Part shown: piece by piece, positions 53,531 through 63,026 of the stretch
How positions within the stretch are numbered: position 1 is the first letter of the stretch
Layout: the number at the start of each line of letters is the position of its first letter
DNA from: Bacillota bacterium
GTDB lineage: Bacteria > Bacillota > UBA994 > UBA5500
NCBI GenBank assembly: GCA_023436245.1
Contig: JAEZJZ010000046.1
Coordinates: forward strand, 16,681-80,680
DNA: 64,000 bases
Direction: 5' to 3'
Made by a program: the position numbers and the translations under genes
The notes under the pieces: model-generated
What the model was told of the DNA's origin: nothing
The model's database searches: none
The model's input: only the letters and a program-made list of their open reading frames with translations

Positions 53531-54403
53531 ATGGCCAATCGCCTAAGCACAGAGAACTTGCAACTGTCCTTCGGCAGAGGCAATCGCGCGCTCGCGGGCG
53601 TGTCTTTGCGGCTCACTCCCGGAGTCACGGCCGTGCTGGGGCCGAACGGTTCCGGCAAGAGCACGCTGCTGCGCTGTCTGGCCAGCGTGCTCACTCCCAC
53701 CAGGGGCGAGGTCCGCTGGAACGGCGGGGATGTGTGGCGGGATATCGCCAGCTATCGCTGGCTGCTTGGCTATCTCCCACAAAGCTTCTCCGGGCATGGC
53801 CAACTCACCGTCAAACAGTTCCTCGGCTATATGGCCGCCCTGAAACTGCTTCCCCTGCAACTAGCACCGCAGCGCGTCAGCGCGATGTTGACCATGTTCA
53901 ACCTGCAGGCATATGCGGACACCAGACTGACGCAACTTTCCGGCGGTCTGCTGCACCGGGTGGGTCTAGCCCAAGCCATACTCAATGACCCGGATCTGCT
54001 GATTATGGACGAACCGACCGTCAGCCTGGACGCGGAAGAACGACTGGCCTTGCTTGATCTGATTCGCCAGCAGGCGCAGGAGCGCATAGTCGTTTTCTCC
54101 ACCCATATGACAACCGATGCAGAAGCAGTGGCCGACCGCCTAGTCATTCTGAACGACGGGCGAGTGTTAGCTCATCTGCCGACCTCGAGCCTGATTGAAC
54201 AATGCCGCGGCTTGGTCTGGGAGCTTGAGCTGCCGGACGCATCCGCCCTGCCTGAGGAGGCGATCATCTGCAGATCGACCACGCAGGGTAAGTCGCTGCA
54301 ACTGCGCGTAATCCTGCCGGAGCGGCCCCCTCTCTCCTGCACACCCGGCTGCCCTAGCTTGGAGGATGCCTATCTGGCTGCCATTCACCGACTGCTGCGG
54401 TAG
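53531..54403 (+). CDS. ABC transporter ATP-binding protein
   Basis: Walker A GPNGSGKST, signature LSGGLLHR, Walker B LLIMDEPT. It lies 4 nt after the upstream membrane-protein gene. Confidence 0.88.
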   Translation: MANRLSTENLQLSFGRGNRALAGVSLRLTPGVTAVLGPNGSGKSTLLRCLASVLTPTRGEVRWNGGDVWRDIASYRWLLGYLPQSFSGHGQLTVKQFLGYMAALKLLPLQLAPQRVSAMLTMFNLQAYADTRLTQLSGGLLHRVGLAQAILNDPDLLIMDEPTVSLDAEERLALLDLIRQQAQERIVVFSTHMTTDAEAVADRLVILNDGRVLAHLPTSSLIEQCRGLVWELELPDASALPEEAIICRSTTQGKSLQLRVILPERPPLSCTPGCPSLEDAYLAAIHRLLR

Positions 54404-54427
54404 TCCTCTGCGCCTGCATCAATCGTA

Positions 54428-54469
54428 GCTGGAGGTCACTCAAGGCGAGTGACCTCCAGCTTTCTCGTT
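54428..54469 (+). terminator. Rho-independent terminator
   Basis: 14-bp stem GCTGGAGGTCACTC / GAGTGACCTCCAGC with a 5-nt loop, followed by TTTCTCGTT. Confidence 0.8.
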
Positions 54470-54671
54470 CCTAGCGCACAAACATGGACACCCACACCGG
54501 CCTTCTGCAGCAATCACTCTCGAGGCAAGGAACCGTTCCCCAAATGCTCAAACGGTGCAGGGAAAATGCCTAGTGATCGCCAACCTTTTCGGCGAGTGCG
54601 TCGTATCGGGACTGAACGCATGTCATTGGGTTGCCAAGGGCGGCAACATGCGTAAAGGAGGCTGACCCAGA

Positions 54672-55553
54672 GTGCAGATAGAACTGCAGAACCTGAGCAA
54701 GAGATACGGAAAGCAAGTCGCTCTCAACGGATTGAACCTTGAGATCGGGAGCGGTATGTACGGACTGCTTGGCCCGAACGGTGCCGGCAAGAGCACACTG
54801 ATGCGCATTTTGGCTACCCTGCTCCCCCCCAGTTCCGGGAGAGCACTGGTGGCTGGCCACGATGTCACCCGAGACCAGCAAGAGGTGCGCCAGTTGCTGG
54901 GATACCTGCCGCAGGACTTTGGCTTATACAAGAAACTGAGCGCCTGGGAGTTCCTTGATTTGGTGGGCAGCCTCAAGGGTATATTCGGCAAGGCCAAGCG
55001 CCAGCAGCAAATCGAACAGGTGCTGCGGCAGGTCAACCTTTGGGACCGGCGCAAGCAACGCCTGGGTGGGTATTCCGGAGGCATGAAGCGGCGAATCGGC
55101 ATCGCGCAAGCGCTGCTTGGCGACCCCAGACTATTGATTGTGGATGAACCGACAGCCGGACTCGACCCGGAAGAGCGCGTCCGCTTTCGCAACCTGCTCA
55201 CCGAGCTGAGCGGTGACCGGGTGGTGCTGCTCTCGACGCACATTGTGGGCGACATCGAGTCGAGTTGCAACCAACTGGCGGTGCTGCGGCAGGGGGAACT
55301 GGCCTTCTCGGGCAGTCAACAGGAGCTGACCGCCAAAGCAGCAGGCCAAGTCTGGCAAGTGGCCATCGACGAGCGGGATCTGCCGCAGTTCAAGCGCGAG
55401 GGCAGAATCGTCTCCACCAGACGGGATGGCCCGCTGTTGAAGGTGAGAATGATTTGCGGCAACAATCCGCTAAACGCCGGAGAACCGGTGGCGGCTTCCC
55501 TGGAGGATGGATATCTCAGCATCATCGGGCGTACCTCGGGTGGTGAGCAGTAG
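54672..55553 (+). CDS. ABC-2-type transporter ATP-binding protein
   Basis: GGAGG before GTG 54672. GPNGAGKST, YSGGMKRRIGIAQAL and LLIVDEPTAGLDP are present. Confidence 0.88.
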   Translation: MQIELQNLSKRYGKQVALNGLNLEIGSGMYGLLGPNGAGKSTLMRILATLLPPSSGRALVAGHDVTRDQQEVRQLLGYLPQDFGLYKKLSAWEFLDLVGSLKGIFGKAKRQQQIEQVLRQVNLWDRRKQRLGGYSGGMKRRIGIAQALLGDPRLLIVDEPTAGLDPEERVRFRNLLTELSGDRVVLLSTHIVGDIESSCNQLAVLRQGELAFSGSQQELTAKAAGQVWQVAIDERDLPQFKREGRIVSTRRDGPLLKVRMICGNNPLNAGEPVAASLEDGYLSIIGRTSGGEQ

Positions 55554-56201
55554 ATGTTCAAGGAGTGGAAACTCCACCTGACCTGGTCCTACTTGGCGCC
55601 GCTGCTGCTGCTTGGGGCGCAGATCTGGAACCTGTGCTCCGGCAGCAATGCCTATGTGGCCTCCAGACCGGCCGAGTTGCTTCAGACATTTGGGGTATTC
55701 TGGCCGTTGGCGCTCTGTTTGGCACTGGCTTCTCTCTTGCCCTACGAGCGTCAGGAGGGCATGTTGGAGCTGCGCTTGTCCTATCCCACGCCCTATTGGC
55801 GATCTCTACTGATGAAGATCGCATTGCCGGCCATCTGGTGGTCCGTGGTTGGCGGAGCTGGACTCTTGATCTGCTACCATTCATACATGCACTTCTCCGT
55901 CTGGAGCATGCTGCAGATGATCCTGCCTCCGGCTATTGCCTTGGGAGGATTCACTCTGCTCGTCAGCGCCATCACCTTGAATATGCCAGCCACGCTGGTG
56001 ACGACGATCGCCTGGTGGGGCTTTGAGCTGGTCACGGCCTGCAGGCTGAGCGGCGCTTTCGCGCTCTTCCCCATCTCGATGAACGTCACGAACATTAACC
56101 TAGTGACAAACCGCTGGCTGCTGCTCGCCGCTGGCGTGTCGCTGACGATACTTTCTGTGGTTCTGCTCGGCAAGCGCCACCTGCCGACGGTTGAAGAATG
56201 A
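55554..56201 (+). CDS. ABC-2-like permease / membrane protein
   Basis: The ATG abuts the ATPase stop (TAGATG). 215 aa with about six helices. Confidence 0.7.
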   Translation: MFKEWKLHLTWSYLAPLLLLGAQIWNLCSGSNAYVASRPAELLQTFGVFWPLALCLALASLLPYERQEGMLELRLSYPTPYWRSLLMKIALPAIWWSVVGGAGLLICYHSYMHFSVWSMLQMILPPAIALGGFTLLVSAITLNMPATLVTTIAWWGFELVTACRLSGAFALFPISMNVTNINLVTNRWLLLAAGVSLTILSVVLLGKRHLPTVEE

Positions 56202-56220
56202 TGCAAAGGAGGAGACGATC

Positions 56221-58344
56221 ATGCAACGCGTGTTTTCACTCGCCAAACTGGAACTAAAACAGCAACTGCGCAGTCCCCTCTGCTGGCTGCTTCTGTTGCT
56301 CAGTTCATTCTTAGCCTATGACGGCTACTACTCATCGCCCAACCTCTGGGAGAACTTACACTGGGCCACGGACACCATGTCTCTGGTCGTGCTCTTGCTG
56401 GCACTGCTCTCGGCCATGGCGGCCGGTCGTGAACGCCGCCAGCGCGTGGGGGAAACCATCGAGAGCAGCAGTGTGAGCAACTGGCAGCTCTCGCTCGGCC
56501 AATGGCTGGGGCTGGCTCTGCTGGCAGCGCTCACTTCGCTGTTAATCGTCGTTATTCTCGCTGCACGCGCTCTTGCCCTGGGGGGCACCTTCAGTTTGGG
56601 AGCGCCGGTCTTCTTCTGGCTACTGGTCTATTTTCCGATGCAGCTCTTGGGAGCCACGGTCGGGTTGACGCTGGGCAGCTTGATCCCTAGCCTGTTCGTC
56701 AGCCTGCCAATGACCGTAGGCTGGTGGTTTGCCCTAGGCAGCATGTCCGTCACCGGAGAGTTGGCCCGCATCCTGCCGGGAGTGTGGGCTGACCTGCTGG
56801 ACTTCACCGCAGTATCACCGACCGTGCCTGGTGCAGCCTTTGGCTTCCTGCCGTTCCATCGCTTCCTGTTCAACCGGGTCGCGCAGGCCGGCTTCATGCT
56901 GCTGTTGCTCGGTGCATTGATGCTGGTCCACCGCAGGTACCGCGAAAGGCGAATAGGTTGGCAGCCAGTGCTCGTCGTAGTCCTGGCGCTGACCACTACC
57001 GCTCTGTCCTTTGCGGCCTTCACTGCGGACCTGGCGGCGGCCAAGGCCAATATGATCGCTCGCTTTGGCTACACGGAACTGAACGAGGCAGAGGTAAGAG
57101 AACTGAAGTCGGAATGGCAGTCCATGGCGCAGGAGAACCCGGCCCCCACGGCAGTCCGCTATCAGCTTCGCCTCACTTTCAACCCGGACGCTCACGGTCT
57201 ACAGGTTAACGCTGATTTGACCTTGCGCAACGCAGGGAATACCTCCCTGCGGCAGCTCATCTTCACGCTGGGGGATGAGTTTGCGGTGGAACAGGCCGCG
57301 TGGCAGGGCCAACCAGCCAATGTCACCAGCAGCACAGCCTTCGGCTGGCGCAGTGTTGCGCTCAGCGAGCCCCTTCCTCCTGGCGCAGCAGGGGTGCTGA
57401 CCCTCAGCTACAGGGGAGATGTCTGGGAGTGGACCACTCGCTGGGACGGTCACGATCCCGAGTTGATGTCTTTCGTCAGCAGTGAGGGAATCTTCCTGCC
57501 ACCCCACTTCTGCTGGTATCCGGCCCCCGGCCTCCACATGGTCGCTTCCGCACGCTGGGCAAGAGACATCTTCAGTTCCCCGGTCGAGTTCCAAGTGACG
57601 ACAGAAGGTTCGAAACAACCGGTGTTCACCAACCTGGAAGGCCAGTCTGACGGCTCCTTTGCTGGCCGCCTACTCGGACTGTTGGTAGTAGCTGGCGACT
57701 GGGAGCAGAGCAAAACGGAGAACATCACCCTGCTGCACGCGCCGGACCGGCTGCTGGACGATTACATTACGGAGCTACAGCAGATGTATGAGTTCGCAAG
57801 CAATCGTCTGGGTACTTTGCCGGAAAACCGGGTGACGGCCGTCACCATGCCCAACTGGTTCTATGGCGAGGTTGATGGGCGGGATACGCAAACAGCACTG
57901 ATTGGCGAAAAGCGACTGAATCTGGACCCCCGCCCCCAGCACCAACTCTGGCAGCGGCAGAGCATGCTGGAGCGCATGCTAGGATGCTGGTATCAGACGT
58001 TGTTCGTGATCGGCCCGGACCGCAACGAGACGGACTTGGCGGCAAACGATGCCCGTCTAGGGTTGACCAGTTACCTCTGGTCTCTCTATCGCGAGACACT
58101 GGACGGGCAATCCGGCAGCTTGGAGCAGGAGTATACGCTCAGGGCCTCAATCTCGGAGGAAGACGGCTCCATGCCGGCCATGGCTGCCGGTCAGCTCTAC
58201 AGCACCTATTCAGCACAGAGCAATGCCATCTGGCTGAAGTTGGAGCGTGCTCGCCGCGTCGCCGGTGAGGCTGGCCTCACCCAGAGGCTCGGCCAGCTGA
58301 TGGCGCAGGCAAACCGCCCGCCGACGGTGATCGAGCGCCCCTAG
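56221..58344 (+). CDS. ABC-2-like permease fused to a ~430-aa extracytoplasmic domain of unknown function
   Basis: AAGGAGG lies 8 nt before ATG 56221. N-terminus FSLAKLELKQQLRSPLCWLLLLL is typical of ABC-2 permeases. About 7 helices run to roughly aa 280, then a soluble domain without HExxH or other motifs I recognise. Confidence 0.75.
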   Translation: MQRVFSLAKLELKQQLRSPLCWLLLLLSSFLAYDGYYSSPNLWENLHWATDTMSLVVLLLALLSAMAAGRERRQRVGETIESSSVSNWQLSLGQWLGLALLAALTSLLIVVILAARALALGGTFSLGAPVFFWLLVYFPMQLLGATVGLTLGSLIPSLFVSLPMTVGWWFALGSMSVTGELARILPGVWADLLDFTAVSPTVPGAAFGFLPFHRFLFNRVAQAGFMLLLLGALMLVHRRYRERRIGWQPVLVVVLALTTTALSFAAFTADLAAAKANMIARFGYTELNEAEVRELKSEWQSMAQENPAPTAVRYQLRLTFNPDAHGLQVNADLTLRNAGNTSLRQLIFTLGDEFAVEQAAWQGQPANVTSSTAFGWRSVALSEPLPPGAAGVLTLSYRGDVWEWTTRWDGHDPELMSFVSSEGIFLPPHFCWYPAPGLHMVASARWARDIFSSPVEFQVTTEGSKQPVFTNLEGQSDGSFAGRLLGLLVVAGDWEQSKTENITLLHAPDRLLDDYITELQQMYEFASNRLGTLPENRVTAVTMPNWFYGEVDGRDTQTALIGEKRLNLDPRPQHQLWQRQSMLERMLGCWYQTLFVIGPDRNETDLAANDARLGLTSYLWSLYRETLDGQSGSLEQEYTLRASISEEDGSMPAMAAGQLYSTYSAQSNAIWLKLERARRVAGEAGLTQRLGQLMAQANRPPTVIERP

Positions 58345-58386
58345 AAAGCTTCGCCAAGAACCAAAACCACAATGGGAATGACGCAA

Positions 58387-58412
58387 CAGCCGCCTCTTCG
58401 GCGGCTGCTTTG
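58387..58412 (+). terminator. terminator after the ABC cluster
   Basis: Stem CAGCCGCC / GGCGGCTG with a TCTTC loop, followed by CTTTG. Confidence 0.5.
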
Positions 58413-58485
58413 CGTGCAGGGAATGAGCAGGACCCGGTTGCAACATGCTACGGTTGATGCGTAATCAAACCGGGAGGTGTACACC

Positions 58486-58866
58486 ATGTTCTACACAGTC
58501 AGCACAGAGAAGAGCTATGCTCAAGCAGTCGACAGCCTAAAGCAAGGGCTGGCGTCGGTCAAGTTTGGGGTGCTCTGGGAACTGGACGTGCCGAGCAAAC
58601 TGCAGGAGAAAGGAGCTGATTTCAACGTTCCGTTCCGCATTCTGGAGGTCTGTAACCCACATCACGCCAAGGAGGCCCTGGAGCAGAACATCATGGTAGG
58701 CTACTTCCTCCCCTGTAAGGCCGTTGTCTACGAGCAGGGAGGGCAGGTGCAGATCGGGATGGCCCGACCATCATCTATGGTGGGCATGCTGCAGGATGAG
58801 GCTCTGCGCAACTTCGCCGAGCAGGTGGAGCACGAGTTGATCAGAGCGATCGATTCAGCCAGGTAA
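58486..58866 (+). CDS. DUF302 domain protein
   Basis: GGGAGGTG SD before ATG 58486. 126 aa with FGVLWELDVPSKLQEKG...FRILEVCNPHHAKEAL...LPCKAVVYE, typical of DUF302. Confidence 0.75.
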   Translation: MFYTVSTEKSYAQAVDSLKQGLASVKFGVLWELDVPSKLQEKGADFNVPFRILEVCNPHHAKEALEQNIMVGYFLPCKAVVYEQGGQVQIGMARPSSMVGMLQDEALRNFAEQVEHELIRAIDSAR

Positions 58867-58871
58867 TGGGG

Positions 58872-58912
58872 AAGCGCCAGCGGCCACTCAGATCAGTGAC
58901 GCTGGCGCTTTC
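58872..58912 (+). terminator. hairpin after the DUF302 gene
   Basis: 11-bp stem AAGCGCCAGCG / CGCTGGCGCTT with a 17-nt loop, followed by TC. Confidence 0.5.
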
Positions 58913-59073
58913 GCTCAGTCAGCATTCATTTGATGCACAAGGCTCCGGGGCGCTTCGTGGTCATTTCAGACCACCCAGATCCGGGGGCAGTGAGAGCCCA
59001 AACGCAAGGTCAAGATCCAATTACCAAAAAGAGGGCCGTCTTGGACGGCTAGTCCAAACCGGCGCTTTCTTCG

Positions 59074-59271
59074 CTAATGGCCGTCCCGTTCGACGGAAGT
59101 GATCACCGGACGCCCTTCCCGATCCACCAACACCGTCAGACCACCTGCGTAGCCACTGACGGTGAACAGGTAGTTCACGCCTGTTTCTGTGTCCTGCAGT
59201 ATTTGATACTGCACTCCTAAACCGTGCCCCTCGCTATGGATCTTCCGAAAACGCTTCTCTGCCATCATCAT
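59074..59271 (-). CDS. small conserved protein (DUF6440-like), function unknown
   Basis: 65 aa. KRFRKIHSEG...QILQDTETGVNYLFTVSGYAGGLTVLVDREGRPVI resembles a small Firmicutes family I recall as DUF6440. GGAGGAATGATG provides the SD context. Confidence 0.6.
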   Translation of the reverse strand: MMMAEKRFRKIHSEGHGLGVQYQILQDTETGVNYLFTVSGYAGGLTVLVDREGRPVITSVERDGH

Positions 59272-59373
59272 TCCTCCTGCAAAGCACTATGTTGCCTTAA
59301 TGATGATCCATACGAAAACCGGCTGCAAAAGTTGCTGCAGGTCCGTTGTTCCCGTCATCTGCAGGTCCCCCGC

Positions 59374-60777
59374 TTACAGACAAAGGTCGATAATCACCTG
59401 AGCGTAGATCTTGGCAGCTAGGATCAGGTCGTCAACCTGCGCGTACTCATCCGGCCCATGTGCGCGCCCATCTTCGCTGCCTGGTAACGTGCATCCAAAG
59501 CAAACTCCTCCGTCCAGACTGTGCATGTAGGTCTCCGCACCACTGCAGAGGCAGTAGCCTGGGTTCCCGGTATAGTCTTCATAGACTCGGAGCAGCAACC
59601 GGACGAAGTCGCTACTCGGTGAGGCATAATGGGGCTCCAGCAAGCCTAGGGTTTGCAGGGTGATGCCATGTCGCTGCAGCTTACCGCCCAAGATGCCAAC
59701 GGTCAACTCTGGCGCTTCCAAGTGAGGCGTGCGACTGTCGATCAGGCCAGATAGCCCTGTTGGGCCATACTCGAAGCAACTCAGCGTGATGGTTAGTTCC
59801 CCCAGTTGATCATCGCGCATGGCGATGCCGGCAGCTCGACCCTGATGATCGCCGTGAGGAAAGACGCGAATGACGTGTTGCAGGCGATGGAAGCCGGCGC
59901 TGTCGGTGAACGGCATGGCTGCCAGAGCAGTCAGGAGCGCAGTCAATGCGTTAATCCCCTGCCCAGGGGCAAAGGCAGGACCGCCTATTCCCTGCACCTT
60001 GATCTCCACCTCAGATTCCGCGGCATCGACCGCGAAGACAGCACCGGTCACTTGGCCCACTCGAGCGCAAAACTCACGCACCAAGTCGATATCCAGTCCC
60101 TCAATCACAGCGGTGGCCTCGGCCGGCACCAGATTGATGCGGCTACCACTCTGCACTGAAACGATGCGGGGCAGCCGCTTCTCTTCCGGCCAACTAGCGC
60201 TAAAGGATGCGCGCAATCCTCCCTTCTCCGCATTCACTACGGGGAAGGACCCATCGCAGGAGAAGACCAGGGGTGGCGGTGTGTGTTGCGTAAAGTAGTG
60301 AGTCAGATCGGCTAACTCGCCCTCCTGATCCGTTCCGATGAGCAATCTGGCGTTCCGTCGCAGGGGAACACCCAACTCCTTGACGGCTGCCAGAGCGTAA
60401 AGCGCGGCGATGGTCGGGCCTTTGTCATCGGTGGCTCCGCGACCGTAGATTCTGCCATCATGAAACATGCCCGCTAAGGGTGGAAACGTCCAGCCAACCC
60501 CCTCTTCCACCACATCCACATGCACCAAGATGCCCAGGGACGTCTGCCGCTCATTCAGGTCAACTACACCGACATAGTTGTCAAAGTTCGTGGCACAGCA
60601 GCCAAGGCGCTCCGCCAGATTCAGTGCTTGTGATAGTGCGGCCGCAGGGCCTGGCCCAAAGGGCAGACCTGGCTGCGGTTCGCTGCGCACACTTCGGATG
60701 GAAATCAACTGCCGAATGTCCTGCACCAACTGGGCACGATGCTGCTCGAAATAGCGATCCAATGCATCCCGATACAT
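59374..60777 (-). CDS. pepV: M20-family dipeptidase (PepV/Sapep-like)
   Basis: LISIRSV, GILVHVDVV and YGRGATDDKGP motifs, 467 aa in length, and a C-terminal HGPDEY segment. Confidence 0.82.
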   Translation of the reverse strand: MYRDALDRYFEQHRAQLVQDIRQLISIRSVRSEPQPGLPFGPGPAAALSQALNLAERLGCCATNFDNYVGVVDLNERQTSLGILVHVDVVEEGVGWTFPPLAGMFHDGRIYGRGATDDKGPTIAALYALAAVKELGVPLRRNARLLIGTDQEGELADLTHYFTQHTPPPLVFSCDGSFPVVNAEKGGLRASFSASWPEEKRLPRIVSVQSGSRINLVPAEATAVIEGLDIDLVREFCARVGQVTGAVFAVDAAESEVEIKVQGIGGPAFAPGQGINALTALLTALAAMPFTDSAGFHRLQHVIRVFPHGDHQGRAAGIAMRDDQLGELTITLSCFEYGPTGLSGLIDSRTPHLEAPELTVGILGGKLQRHGITLQTLGLLEPHYASPSSDFVRLLLRVYEDYTGNPGYCLCSGAETYMHSLDGGVCFGCTLPGSEDGRAHGPDEYAQVDDLILAAKIYAQVIIDLCL

Positions 60778-60885
60778 GGTCTCTTCCTCTCCTTGCCGGG
60801 CGACCCGGCCACCGCGGTTGTTTCGTTCGCAGGAGCATGTTCGGCGAATGCGACATCGATCCCTGCAATCATCCGCCTACACCAG

Positions 60886-60920
60886 AAAAAGCAGTAGGCG
60901 CCAAGCATGGCGCCTACTGC
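60886..60920 (-). terminator. Rho-independent terminator of the YtrA-type operon
   Basis: 12-bp stem GCAGTAGGCGCC / GGCGCCTACTGC with a 6-nt loop. On the minus strand it is followed by TTTTT. Confidence 0.8.
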
Positions 60921-60945
60921 GAAAGATGTCACTGCCTCTGGCTGA

Positions 60946-61644
60946 CTAACTACGAATGGAAGCGCGCCTGAGCAACAACCAACTGCCTAGGGCTGATAGC
61001 ACAGCACCGCTAAGGAAGGTCAGCACTGCCGCGTGCGGAGCGGGAGTTCCAGACAGCCCGAACATGCTGCCGAGCACTCGGATGATGCCGCGCACCAGCG
61101 CCCCATCGCTTCTGCCATTGAAGTAGGTCAACAGCAGGATGACAAAGACGGGAGAAATGGAAACAAGCGTCTTCACCAGCGCGTTACTACGGTAGTAGAT
61201 CATCGTGATCAGCCATCCTCCGTGCGCCGCAAATGTGAACAGGGCGAATGACCAGAGGAAGTCCCAGACCGGCGCTGCGCTGGCATAGAGCTGCTCAAAC
61301 AAACCGGAGTAAGGCAGAAACTGGCGCAACACCCCAGTCATGGCCACATCCACCACTGCCATGAAGGCAGCGATTGCGCTCAGGGCGAGGCTGGTGGCGA
61401 AGAAGAACTTGCGCCGCGAGACGTTGTTGGCCTGCGCAAAGCGAAAGGAGGTGCCCAGGCAGTTTAGCCCGGCGATGAAGATGAAGATCATGGCGGCCAT
61501 GCCAAACCCGGAAAGCTCGCCGTCACCACTACTGATGCTCATGCCGAACAGGGCAAGGACGACAGCGCAAACCAGATAGAAGATAATCAGGGCGTTGCAC
61601 GAATCGCGCAACTGGAATCGCATCACTTTCAGCACTCTGTCCAT
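60946..61644 (-). CDS. membrane component of the YtrA-type ABC system
   Basis: 232 aa with about six helices, positioned immediately after the ATPase gene. Confidence 0.7.
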   Translation of the reverse strand: MDRVLKVMRFQLRDSCNALIIFYLVCAVVLALFGMSISSGDGELSGFGMAAMIFIFIAGLNCLGTSFRFAQANNVSRRKFFFATSLALSAIAAFMAVVDVAMTGVLRQFLPYSGLFEQLYASAAPVWDFLWSFALFTFAAHGGWLITMIYYRSNALVKTLVSISPVFVILLLTYFNGRSDGALVRGIIRVLGSMFGLSGTPAPHAAVLTFLSGAVLSALGSWLLLRRASIRS

Positions 61645-61657
61645 TTCTCCGCCCCCC

Positions 61658-62518
61658 TCAGTTGGTCAAGCTGATGAACAGCTTCTGCAGTTCCACTTTG
61701 TCGATATCCAAGCCGAGCTCGTTCGCCAGTCTCAAGTCCGCCTGCTGCCGATCCTCCAGCACAGTAACTGACTTGAAGCGCCCCATGGCCTCCATCCCGG
61801 CACACTCCTTGCCGGCGATGTACTGGTCGACCTTGTCGCTCTCCCCAGAGACGGTGTAGGCTTGAGCCAGTAGGTCGAGCACTGGGCGCTGCAGCACCAC
61901 CCGCCCGTCCCGAATGATGATCACTTCCTCCAGGACGTCAGACACCTCTTCGATCAGGTGGGTGGAGATGATCACCGTCTTGGGCTGCTCGCTGTAGTTG
62001 CGAAGCAACTCCTTGTAGAACAAGTCCCGGTGGTTGGCATCCAGCCCCAGCACCGGCTCATCCATGACGATGATTGGAGCATTGCTGGCCAGCGCGACGA
62101 TTGCCTTGAAGATGGATGCATAGCCGGTGGACAGCTCGCGCACGCGCCGACTCAGATTGAGACCGAACTTCTGTGCCAACTCAGAGGCATAGGAGAGGTC
62201 GAACGCAGGGTAGAACTCTTGGCTCCAGTGAAATAGCTCCCGCACTCGCATCGCCGGGGGATAGAGATTGGCCTCCATCATGTAGAAGATTTGGCCCAAA
62301 GCGCGGTCATTCTCCTGCACCGACTCGCCATCGACGGTAATCTCACCCGCAGTCGGGAAGATGCGATTGGTGAGCAGGTTGAGTAGAGTCGTCTTGCCGG
62401 CGCCATTCCGCCCCAGGAGCCCGTAAATCCGATTCGGCTGGATGGTGAGGTTAATGTCATCCAGGGCCCGCGTGGAGCCGTAGTCCTTCCTGATCTGTTT
62501 AATCTCGATTACGCTCAT
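61658..62518 (-). CDS. ABC transporter ATP-binding protein
   Basis: GRNGAGKTT, LSTGYASIFKAIVAL (degenerate signature) and IIVMDEPVLGLD. 4-nt overlap with the GntR gene. Confidence 0.85.
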   Translation of the reverse strand: MSVIEIKQIRKDYGSTRALDDINLTIQPNRIYGLLGRNGAGKTTLLNLLTNRIFPTAGEITVDGESVQENDRALGQIFYMMEANLYPPAMRVRELFHWSQEFYPAFDLSYASELAQKFGLNLSRRVRELSTGYASIFKAIVALASNAPIIVMDEPVLGLDANHRDLFYKELLRNYSEQPKTVIISTHLIEEVSDVLEEVIIIRDGRVVLQRPVLDLLAQAYTVSGESDKVDQYIAGKECAGMEAMGRFKSVTVLEDRQQADLRLANELGLDIDKVELQKLFISLTN

Positions 62519-62883
62519 TTCTGCGCGCCCCTCTCTATCATGGCGATGATCTCGTCTGCCGATATCTCCAGCTTCGCCGCTTCTTCCAGCAGCACCCGCA
62601 CAAAGTTCTCGTAGAAGTTCTGGCGACGCTTCTGCCGGATACTCTCTTTAGCCCCAGTAGCCACGAACATGCCCACACCTCGCTTCTTGTAGAGCACTCC
62701 TTCATCCACCAACAGATTCAGCCCCTTGCCTGCGGTAGCCGGGTTGATGCGCAAGTTCACCGCCAATTCGGTGGTGGAGAACACTTGGGCCTCCTCCTCG
62801 AAGATACCCTTGAGAATGTCGTCCTCAATCGTCTCTGCCAACTGCAGATAGATCGGCTTCTCACTGTCGAAGTTCAGTCGCAA
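62515..62883 (-). CDS. GntR-family (YtrA subfamily) transcriptional repressor
   Basis: GGGAGGGGG lies 8 nt before TTG 62883. KPIYLQLAETIEDDILKG...STTELAVNLRINPATAGKGLNLLVDEGVLYKKRGVGMFV with a short C-terminus, as in YtrA. Confidence 0.82.
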   Translation of the reverse strand: MRLNFDSEKPIYLQLAETIEDDILKGIFEEEAQVFSTTELAVNLRINPATAGKGLNLLVDEGVLYKKRGVGMFVATGAKESIRQKRRQNFYENFVRVLLEEAAKLEISADEIIAMIERGAQK

Positions 62884-63026
62884 TCCGCAAACCCCCTCCC
62901 GAGTAGCAATCACTTAATTGGTTCATTACTCTTGTAACTAACTATATAACCAGCTAACCCACCTGTCAAGGGAGAATCTGCCCCGTTGCCAACACTTTCG
63001 GGGTAAGGGTTAGTCATCTTCCGTGA

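Noticed and set aside
58866-59102. 78-aa basic ORF after the DUF302 gene
   Set aside because: It spans the terminator hairpin at 58872-58912, is Arg/Ser/Gly-rich, and overlaps the convergent small gene.
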